A stretch of 64,000 bases of DNA from Alphaproteobacteria bacterium (GTDB taxonomy: Bacteria; Pseudomonadota; Alphaproteobacteria; Micropepsales; Micropepsaceae): assembly GCA_009693985.1 (NCBI GenBank), contig SHWE01000004.1, forward strand, positions 586 through 64,585. The letters run 5' to 3'. Below, piece by piece: positions 55,470 through 64,000 of this stretch. Under the pieces are notes generated by a model. The model was not told the origin of the DNA and made no database searches. It saw only the letters and a list, made by a program, of their open reading frames with translations. The translations under genes were made by a program, and so were the position numbers. How positions within the stretch are numbered: the stretch's first letter is position 1; every line of letters begins with the position of its first letter.

Positions 55470-55592
55470 CCAAGCCTGAGTTCGCCTCAAGCGAGCGTGA
55501 AGCACAATCGCACCAGGACGAGGCCGTCAAGCGCGCCCGCAGCCGACCGGCACCTGTGACAGAGGCGGCATCCTCGTGCTAGGCGTTCGCCC

Positions 55593-56474
55593 ATGATTGC
55601 GGTGCTTATCCTGATTTTTGCCGGTGTCGCGCTGGTGGCCGCGTCCTTCGTGGTGCTGCCGCTGCTGCGCGCCAAGAATGGCGCGCCGGGCAAGTCCTGG
55701 CTGGCTGCGGGCGGCGGGCTTGGGGTGATGGCGGCCGGTCTCGGCATCTATGCCGTGCTCGGCCAGCCGACCATCGCTCTCGATACGCTGACCGGCCCCG
55801 GCACCAGCAATTACCCCGCGCTGATCGCCACCCTCGCCAAGCAAATGCCGAACAGGCCGAACGACATCCAGGGCTGGACCTTGCTCGGTCGCGGCTATCT
55901 TGCCCTGGGCGTCCCCGTGCAGGCCGCCAAAGCGTTGCAGCGCGCGGTCCAAGTCGCCACAGCCGAGCAGGGCGCCGCCCCTCCGGAGCTGCTGTCGGCC
56001 TATGGCGAAGCGCTTTCCGAACAGGCGGGTCAGGTCACCAAGGAAGCCGAAGCGGTGTTCCAGCAGGCGCTCGCGGCAGATCCGAGCGATCTGACCGCGC
56101 GCTTTTATATGGGCTTCGCGTTCGTCGCCCGCGGCGACAGGGCCGGCGCCTTGAACATCTGGGAAGGCCTTCTCGCCGATACGCCCCCGGATGTCGCCTG
56201 GCGGGGCACGCTGGTCGATGCGATGGCCGGCTTGCGCTCGCTCGAGGGCGGCGCGGCGCCGAACCCGGCCGCCATGGTGGCGCAGCTGGCAACCCGGCTC
56301 GAAACCAACCCGAATGATCTGCCAGGCTGGCTGCGGCTGATCCGCGCCTATTCCGTGCTCGGCGACAAGCAGAAGGCAACAGAAGCTCTGGCGAAAGCGC
56401 GCGGCGTATTCGCCAACCAGGGCGATGCCGAAGCGCAATTGGCGGAAGCGGCCCGCGAGAACGCGCTAAACTAA
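55593..56474 (+). CDS. ccmI: cytochrome c-type biogenesis protein CcmI (CycH)
   Basis: N-terminal TM MIAVLILIFAGVALVAASFVVLPLL, a second TM, then TPR repeats (GWTLLGRGYLALG, ..RFYMGFAF..G). Confidence 0.85.
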   Translation: MIAVLILIFAGVALVAASFVVLPLLRAKNGAPGKSWLAAGGGLGVMAAGLGIYAVLGQPTIALDTLTGPGTSNYPALIATLAKQMPNRPNDIQGWTLLGRGYLALGVPVQAAKALQRAVQVATAEQGAAPPELLSAYGEALSEQAGQVTKEAEAVFQQALAADPSDLTARFYMGFAFVARGDRAGALNIWEGLLADTPPDVAWRGTLVDAMAGLRSLEGGAAPNPAAMVAQLATRLETNPNDLPGWLRLIRAYSVLGDKQKATEALAKARGVFANQGDAEAQLAEAARENALN

Positions 56475-56475
56475 A

Positions 56476-56495
56476 ACGGCCGCGCGAGCGGCCGT
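56476..56495. terminator. hairpin ACGGCCGC-gcga-GCGGCCGT between convergent genes
   Basis: Perfect 8-bp stem 2 nt after the ccmI stop. The T-run is on the minus-strand side. Confidence 0.6.
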
Positions 56496-56519
56496 CGAAA
56501 CCCCGATATTTTCAGGTGA

Positions 56520-56795
56520 TTAACCGGCTACGCGGCCCTGCCAGACGGGCCAGCACGCCGGCTTTCCGGCGGCCTTGGCTGCCGTATAAAGCTTTTGCTG
56601 CGCGTCTTCGGCATTGTTGCCATCGGCGGTGGCGACGTAGTCATTGGTGCCCGAGCACCAGACATAGAATTGATGCGTGCCCGTGGCGAAGAAATCGACC
56701 TGACGATCGGAGGAGAAATTACCTGCCGCCGCCACGCCTGCGGCGGCGAACAACACGCCCGCGACGGCAGCAACCAAGACACGCTTTGCAATCAT
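56520..56795 (-). CDS. small secreted hypothetical protein (two Cys)
   Basis: Signal peptide MIAKRVLVAAVAGVLFAAAGVAAA. GC3-biased, no family recognised. Confidence 0.5.
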   Translation of the reverse strand: MIAKRVLVAAVAGVLFAAAGVAAAGNFSSDRQVDFFATGTHQFYVWCSGTNDYVATADGNNAEDAQQKLYTAAKAAGKPACWPVWQGRVAG

Positions 56796-56947
56796 AAGAG
56801 ATCAGTCCGTAGTGGGGCCAACTGTGGAAAACTGCCACAGCCGGGGCTATCCGGCAACCCTAAATATGTTGCGGCGTGACATTTATCCCTCGGGAGCTTC
56901 ACAACAATTTGCCAGCCAAGTGGTTAAGGTCAGGCTCGAAAATTGGC

Positions 56948-57721
56948 CTATCTTGGGTCTGTAACCGCCTCCGGCTCGACCCCTAGTGAGCGGGCGAGTT
57001 GGGCGATCTCCTCTGCGGCGCGCGCCACCGCCCCCTCATCCCGCCCCCTGACGACGAGCATCGTGCCCGCGCTGCGGCCCGTCGCCGAATCGCCGAAGAA
57101 CGGATAGGAGCCGATGGCGATTTCCGAATGGCGGTCCTGGATCGCGGCAAGCGCGGCCGCGATGCCGCCTTCGGGAAGCCGAACGGTGAGGCTGCGGCTG
57201 ATCATCTTCGTCCCACGCGTGAGACGGGGCCGCACATCTTCCAGCATGGCCTGCATGATCTTGGGCACGCCGGCCATGACGAAGACATTGCCGATCTGGA
57301 ATCCCGGCGCCACGGAGACGGAATTCTTGATCAGGACCGCGCCTCGCGGCATCCGCGCCATGCGCTGGCGCCGTTCGTTGAAATCTTGCGGCGTATAGCG
57401 CTTGGCGAGCAGCGCCAGGGCTTCGGTGTTGTGCTCGACGGGAAGGCCAAACGCTCGGCCGATCGCGTCGGACGTGATGTCGTCATGGGTGGGGCCAATG
57501 CCGCCGGTGGTGAAGAGATAGGTGTAGCGCAGCTTGAGCGCGTTCACGGCGGCGACGATTTCGCCCTCGATGTCGGGAACGAAGCGGACCTCCGAGAGAT
57601 CGATACCGAGCTCGGCCAGAAAGCGCGCAATCGTGACCACATTCACGTCCTGGGTACGCCCGGACAGAATCTCGTCGCCGATTACGAGTACCGCCGCAGT
57701 GATCGGCTTGCCTTCGCCCAC
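56948..57721 (-). CDS. CinA-like / molybdopterin-binding (MoCF_biosynth) domain protein
   Basis: AAVLVIGDEILSGRTQDVN and TTGGIGPTHDDIT. GTG 57721 is preceded by GGGGAG. ATG 57772 is the alternative start. Confidence 0.8.
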   Translation of the reverse strand: MGEGKPITAAVLVIGDEILSGRTQDVNVVTIARFLAELGIDLSEVRFVPDIEGEIVAAVNALKLRYTYLFTTGGIGPTHDDITSDAIGRAFGLPVEHNTEALALLAKRYTPQDFNERRQRMARMPRGAVLIKNSVSVAPGFQIGNVFVMAGVPKIMQAMLEDVRPRLTRGTKMISRSLTVRLPEGGIAAALAAIQDRHSEIAIGSYPFFGDSATGRSAGTMLVVRGRDEGAVARAAEEIAQLARSLGVEPEAVTDPR

Positions 57722-57890
57722 CTGTTCAAGCTCCCCCTGAAGCGGCGCTCCTGGACTTGCGGCCCTTGGCATCCCAAATGTAAGGACTTAAAGCTGTTCG
57801 TGATAGATTTGGCTTAGAAAGCATGGTCGAGAGAGCCGGGCAAGATGGCCCGCACGCTTTCCGCCGAACCGGAAAAAACACGAAGAACCG

Positions 57891-58751
57891 ATGAACGACA
57901 GCCTGCCCACCGAACCCGCCGAACTGATGCTCGACCGCGAAGCGATCGAGGTCGCGCGCCGTTCGGCCTTCGCCGTGGCGACCCACCGGCCCGAGGATTT
58001 CGAGGGCATGCGCCGCGCCGGACGTCTGGCCGCCGAAGTGCTCGATTTGATGGTGCCCGAAGTGAAGCCCGGCGTGACCACGGCGGCGCTCGACAAAATC
58101 GCCTTCGATTACACGACCGCCCACGGCGCGCTGCCCGCCTGCCTCGGCTATCGCGGCTACCGCAACACGCTTTGCACTTCGATCAATCACGTCGTCTGCC
58201 ACGGCATCCCGAGCGATCGGCCGCTGAAGGATGGCGACATCGTCAATATCGACGTGACCGTCATCCTCGATGGCTGGCACGGCGACACCAGCCGCATGTA
58301 TTACGTCGGCGACGTGAAGCGCAAAGCGCAGCGCCTCGTCGAGATCACTTATGAATCGATGATGCGCGGCATCGCGGTGGTGAAGCCCGGCGCCACCACC
58401 GGCGACATCGGCCACGCGATCCAGACGTTCGCCGAGGACCAGGAACGCTGCTCCGTGGTGCGCGATTTCTGCGGTCACGGTCTGGGGCGCATTTTCCATG
58501 CGCTGCCCAACATCGTGCATTACGGACGGCCCGGTCAGGGCGCGGTATTGAAGACCGGCATGTTCTTCACGGTAGAGCCGATGATCAATCTCGGCGGCTA
58601 TGCGGTGAAGGTGTTGAACGACGGCTGGACGGCGGTCACGCGCGACCGCTCTCATTCGGCGCAATTCGAGCACAGCATCGGCGTGACCCAGGATGGCTTC
58701 GAAATCTTCACGCTCTCGCCCAAAGGCTGGCACGCGCCTCCCTATCTCTGA
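57891..58751 (+). CDS. map: type I methionine aminopeptidase
   Basis: CHGIP, DIVNIDVT, GHGLG, FTVEPM and FEHSI metal-ligand motifs. Confidence 0.96.
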   Translation: MNDSLPTEPAELMLDREAIEVARRSAFAVATHRPEDFEGMRRAGRLAAEVLDLMVPEVKPGVTTAALDKIAFDYTTAHGALPACLGYRGYRNTLCTSINHVVCHGIPSDRPLKDGDIVNIDVTVILDGWHGDTSRMYYVGDVKRKAQRLVEITYESMMRGIAVVKPGATTGDIGHAIQTFAEDQERCSVVRDFCGHGLGRIFHALPNIVHYGRPGQGAVLKTGMFFTVEPMINLGGYAVKVLNDGWTAVTRDRSHSAQFEHSIGVTQDGFEIFTLSPKGWHAPPYL

Positions 58752-58819
58752 GCCGGGCGCAAGCGGCAAAGACGTTCCACATTACCACGGCCATCGCCAG
58801 CGTTTGCGCGAGCGTTTTC

Positions 58820-59860
58820 TTGACGGCGGCGCCTCGCGCCTGGCACGAATGGCGATCTCGCATGAGTCTAGAAACCGCGGATCGCGGCAGCCTTCGGCTG
58901 ATGCCGCTCGTCTATTCCAATCTTGCGCGCTGTGGTCTCGGCGATTCCTCGATGGCGGCTCTCAAGGAGCGCTATATCCGGACGCGCTATGCCAATAGGG
59001 AGCTCCTGAGACACCTCGCGCGCCTGCTGCTTTTGTTCGAGAGCAGAACAATTCCCACACTCGTGCTCAAGGGCGCGGCGCTCGGAGCGCTTGTCTACCG
59101 CGATCCCGGTCTACGGCCGATGGCCGATTTGGATGTCGCGGTGCCCCACAGCCATGCATCGCAGGCGACGACATTGCTGTTACAAAGCAATTGGTCATTG
59201 GAAAATATACCACTGCGCGTGCAAACCCGGCCAGCGTCCCTCGCAGCGCTGCAATTCTCATCGCCCGACGGCGTGCAATGAGATCTGCATTTTTCGCCTT
59301 TCCCCGAGAGCCTGTCATGGGAGGCCGTGGCGCCGTTCTGGTCGGCTTCCGTGCCGTTCGCCATCGCGGGCGCGAGCACGCTTACTTTGTCGGCAACGGA
59401 CCATCTGCTTCACACGCTCGCGCATGGCGCCCGGGCGAACAAGGTTTCCCCTATCCGCTGGGTCGCGGACGCCATCTGGCTGTTGCGCGGCGAAGCGCCG
59501 ATCGCCTGGGACCGCTTCGTTGCGCAAGCCGCCGCTTTACGATTGTCGCTCGTGGCCGCGCGCACGCTTGCCTATTTGCGCGACACGCATGGCGCCGCCG
59601 TACCGCCGGAAGCTTTGGCGGCATTGCGGGGGCGTTCCTCTATGCTTGAAACGCTGGAATTCGCGGTACGGCGTGGCGCCCGTCCGCATTGGGCACCGCT
59701 GATAAGGACCTGGGGCCGTTATGTGCGCCAACATGGGGAGCGGAATCTGCCCGCGCTGCTCGGCGGTTTTCCGTTTTATCTTCAGGAACAATGGTCCGCA
59801 CGCAATTTGCCCGAGACCGCCTGGATCGGCTTGAAGAAATTGCCTTTTTTGCCGCGGTAG
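58820..59860 (+). pseudogene. uncharacterised nucleotidyltransferase (NTP_transf_5-like) with in-frame TGA at 59279-59281
   Basis: LVLKGAALGALVYRDPGLRPMADLDVAVP. Both track ORFs (58820-59281, 59327-59860) share one frame. The stop sits directly before DLHF, which corresponds to the family's conserved DLH(W) motif. Confidence 0.7.
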
Positions 59861-59943
59861 AGCGCGTTCCGACGCCCTTCCGTTCGCGCGGCGCGGGCGT
59901 TAGAACCTTGCCGAGGGGGCATCGGTTCCCAAAAGGTACGACC

Positions 59944-61407
59944 ATGTTGAAACTCGACAACAATTCGCTCCTGCGCGATGCCGCCTATATCGACGGCGAA
60001 TGGCGTGCCGCGCGCTCGGGCGCGCGTTTCGCGGTTCGGAACCCCGCGACCGGCGAAGTGATCGCCGAAGTGGCCGATCTTCTCGAGGACGATGTGCGCG
60101 ACGCCATCGAAGCGGCCAACCGCGCCTGGGGTCCGTGGCGGGCCAAGACAGCCAAAGAGCGCGCGGGTCTCATGCGCAAATGGTACGAAATGATGATGGC
60201 GGCCCAAGAGGATCTGGCGCAGCTGATGACGGCCGAGCAGGGCAAGCCGCTGGCCGAAAGCCGGGGCGAAATCGCCTATGGCGCCAGCTTCGTCGAATGG
60301 TTCGCGGAAGAGGGAAAGCGCGTCTATGGCGATGTGATCCCGACCAATGCGAAAGGTCGCCGCATCCTCGTGATGAAGGAGCCGGTCGGCGTCGTCGCCG
60401 CGATCACGCCGTGGAATTTCCCCAATGCGATGATCACGCGTAAAGTCGCCCCCGCCCTCGCGGCCGGCTGCACCGCGGTGATCAAGCCGGCGCAATTGAC
60501 GCCGCTCTCGGCGCTGGCGCTGGCCGAGCTGGCCCATCGCGCCGGCATTCCCAAAGGCGTCTTCAATGTCGTGACCTCGACGAAATCCGCGCGCGTCGGA
60601 AGGGAGCTCACCGGCAATCCGCTGGTGCGCAAATTCTCCTTCACCGGCTCGACCCCGATCGGCAAAGAGCTGATGGCGCAATGCGCCGCCACGGTGAAGA
60701 AGGTTTCGCTCGAACTCGGCGGCAATGCGCCGTTCATCGTGTTCGATGACGCCGATCTCGACGCCGCGGTCAAAGGCGCGATGGCCTCGAAATTCCGCAA
60801 CATGGGCCAGACCTGCGTCTGCGCCAACCGCTTCCTGGTGCAGGACGGCGTCTATGACGCGTTCGCCGAAAAGCTCGGCGTTGCGGTCGCCGCGTTGAAA
60901 GTGGGCGACGGCGCCGCGCCCGGCGTCGATCAAGGCCCGCTCATCAACATGGCGGCGGTCGAAAAAGTCGAAAGCCTGATCGCGGAAGGCGTCGCCAAGG
61001 GCGCGAAGATCGTGCAGGGCGGCCATCGCCACAAATTGGGGCGCACCTTCTTCGAGCCCACCATTATCCGCGACGCCAAGCCCGACATGGAGTTTGCGCG
61101 CGAGGAAATCTTCGGCCCCGTGGTGACGCTGTTCCGCTTCCATAGCGACGAAGACGCCATCCGCATGGCCAATGACACCGAATACGGCCTCGCCGCCTAT
61201 TTCTACGCGCGCGACGTCGGGCGCATCTTCAACGTGCTGGAAGGGCTCGAATACGGCATCATCGGGGTCAATGAGGGCCTCATCTCGACCGAGATCGCCC
61301 CCTTCGGCGGCATGAAAGAATCGGGGATAGGCCGCGAAGGCTCCAAATACGGCATAGAGGAATTCCTCGAAATCAAATATGTGGCCATGGGCGGCCTGAA
61401 CCCATGA
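59944..61407 (+). CDS. gabD: NAD(P)-dependent succinate-semialdehyde dehydrogenase
   Basis: YIDGEW..A.SGARFAV.NPATGEVIA, ITPWNFP, FTGST.IGK, ELGGNAP and catalytic GQTCVCANR. Confidence 0.92.
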   Translation: MLKLDNNSLLRDAAYIDGEWRAARSGARFAVRNPATGEVIAEVADLLEDDVRDAIEAANRAWGPWRAKTAKERAGLMRKWYEMMMAAQEDLAQLMTAEQGKPLAESRGEIAYGASFVEWFAEEGKRVYGDVIPTNAKGRRILVMKEPVGVVAAITPWNFPNAMITRKVAPALAAGCTAVIKPAQLTPLSALALAELAHRAGIPKGVFNVVTSTKSARVGRELTGNPLVRKFSFTGSTPIGKELMAQCAATVKKVSLELGGNAPFIVFDDADLDAAVKGAMASKFRNMGQTCVCANRFLVQDGVYDAFAEKLGVAVAALKVGDGAAPGVDQGPLINMAAVEKVESLIAEGVAKGAKIVQGGHRHKLGRTFFEPTIIRDAKPDMEFAREEIFGPVVTLFRFHSDEDAIRMANDTEYGLAAYFYARDVGRIFNVLEGLEYGIIGVNEGLISTEIAPFGGMKESGIGREGSKYGIEEFLEIKYVAMGGLNP

Positions 61408-61417
61408 CGGTGATTGC

Positions 61418-62728
<1,311 letters not shown>

Positions 62729-62804
62729 AGTTTGAGCGGCAGCACCCTGGAACTGCGAACTTCCGCGCGCTAGTATCGGGCGCGAGAGGGAAGTCCGAAC
62801 GGGA

Positions 62805-63254
62805 ATGATCGAGAACCGGCATATCAGACGCAGTTTCTTGCGCGCGCGCATCGGCGTGGCGCCGATGCCGTCCTCCGCGCGCTGGGCGATGATCGTCTTG
62901 GGCGTGCTCGCGCTTTTCATCCAGAGCTTCGTCGTCCAGACGCATATCCATATTCCGCAAGCGACGGGCAAGGCGCAGACCTTGAGCCTGATCACGCTCG
63001 CATCCGCCGCGGTCGACCGCTTGGAGATCGATAATGCGAACGGTCCACGCGACCGTTTCCCGATCACCGGCGATCCGACGAACTGTCCGCTCTGCCAGGA
63101 AGTGACGCATTCGGGTCAATTCGTCGGAAGCACCGCGGCCCTTGCCGCGCTGCCCGTCACGGTGAATGTCAGCTTCATCGTCTTTGCGGACGCCGAGCCT
63201 TACATCTTCGCCGCCAGCCATACCTGGCGCGGCCGCGCACCACCCCAAGCCTAA
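62805..63254 (+). CDS. DUF2946-like protein
   Basis: One TM (WAMIVLGVLALFIQSF), HIHIP, and the CPLCQ motif typical of DUF2946. It sits directly upstream of a TonB-dependent receptor. The start could be an internal Met. Confidence 0.68.
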   Translation: MIENRHIRRSFLRARIGVAPMPSSARWAMIVLGVLALFIQSFVVQTHIHIPQATGKAQTLSLITLASAAVDRLEIDNANGPRDRFPITGDPTNCPLCQEVTHSGQFVGSTAALAALPVTVNVSFIVFADAEPYIFAASHTWRGRAPPQA

Positions 63255-63374
63255 CTCCAAACATCCGTTCCGTTGACGTGATCTCGCAATTCGTTTCGCG
63301 GGCGCGTCGCATTCCAATCGGGCTCGCAAATCCATGCGGGCGCGATGGAACCCACCAGTTCTGGAGTTGGTATT

Positions 63375-64000
63375 ATGAGAAAGTCCCTTCTTACCGCCGC
63401 GCTTGGCAGCGCCAGTTTTCTTCTCCTGCAATCCACGGCGCTCGCCGCGGAAGCGGGTCCCCTCAATTCCGCGCAAACCGGGGAAACCGTGATCATTACG
63501 GCATCGCCCTTCGCGACCGATCCGCTCGCCGCTTCGGCAAGCGTCGTGCAGATTCCACGCACCGAATTGCTGATCTCCGGAGGTTTCGGTCTCGGCGACG
63601 CGCTGAAGAACGTGCCAGGCGTGACATCGTCGAGCTTCACGGCGGGCGCCGCGCGCCCGGTCATCCGCGGGCTTGACGCGACGCGGGTGCGCGTCACCGA
63701 GAACGGTCTGGGAAGCCATGACGTTTCGGACATCAGCGGCGATCATGCCGTGCCGATCGATCCGTTGGCTTCGATCGAGGTGGAAGTGCTGCGTGGCCCC
63801 GCGACGCTGCGCTATGGCAGCCAGGCGATCGGCGGCGTCGTCAACGCCATCAACAACCGCATCCCGCTGAACATTGCGCAGGGCACGAATGTCGAGGCCT
63901 TTGGCGGCATCTCCAGCAACGGCCTCGAAAGACTGGGCGGCGGCACCGCAGACTACCGGGACGGCAATTGGGCGTTCCACGCCGATGGAATCATTCGCGG
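63375..64000 (+). CDS. TonB-dependent outer-membrane receptor, N-terminal part (3' end outside window)
   Basis: SD GGAG. Signal peptide MRKSLLTAALGSASFLLLQSTALA. Plug-domain motifs ETVIITAS, RPVIRGLDATRVRVTENG, DHAVPIDPL and VEVLRGPATLRYG. The frame is open to the window edge. Confidence 0.88.
   Translation, partial: MRKSLLTAALGSASFLLLQSTALAAEAGPLNSAQTGETVIITASPFATDPLAASASVVQIPRTELLISGGFGLGDALKNVPGVTSSSFTAGAARPVIRGLDATRVRVTENGLGSHDVSDISGDHAVPIDPLASIEVEVLRGPATLRYGSQAIGGVVNAINNRIPLNIAQGTNVEAFGGISSNGLERLGGGTADYRDGNWAFHADGIIR

Noticed and set aside
59279-59281. TGA in the nucleotidyltransferase gene read as selenocysteine.
   Set aside because: I saw no convincing SECIS-like stem-loop immediately downstream, and I know of no selenoprotein in this family. 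No sel genes are visible in the window. A nonsense mutation or sequencing error is the simpler reading.

Overview
High-G+C window of densely packed core housekeeping genes. Content and order point to an alphaproteobacterial (Hyphomicrobiales/Rhizobiales-like) chromosome; that assignment is an inference. Conserved blocks are rpsP-rimM-trmD-rplS with ffh, dapF-mtaB-ftsY-yciB, ccmABCDG, phbAB with divergent phaR, acnA, tsaD/hemCD, sucC-(DUF559)-sucD-sucA-sucB-lpdA, ccmI, map, gabD-purB, plus mdh and a DUF2946/TonB-receptor module at the right edge. There are two tRNA genes, Thr-CGU and Leu-UAA. I found no rRNA, CRISPR array, transposase, integrase or phage gene, and no convincing multi-gene novel system. 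The observations most worth follow-up are local. (1) A 72-bp direct repeat of the tRNA-Thr 3' half brackets a 3-kb integrase-less islet encoding two secreted enzymes. (2) A near-consensus sigma70 promoter is followed by a perfect 33-bp palindrome and an untracked 48-codon hydrophobic ORF between xth and tsaD. (3) A ~50% G+C segment encodes a 10%-tryptophan membrane protein. (4) Three genes look decayed: a frameshifted PAS-GGDEF-EAL gene, an N-terminal remnant of the giant NAD-glutamate dehydrogenase, and a nucleotidyltransferase with an in-frame TGA. (5) A DUF559 endonuclease-like gene sits inside the sucCD operon. (6) A dispersed REP-like palindromic element family occurs in intergenic spots. 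Many long ORFs in the six-frame track are antisense shadow ORFs typical of GC-rich DNA and were rejected. Product names come from motif recognition by eye, not database searches. Start codons are best guesses; the track shows M for GTG/TTG starts as well.
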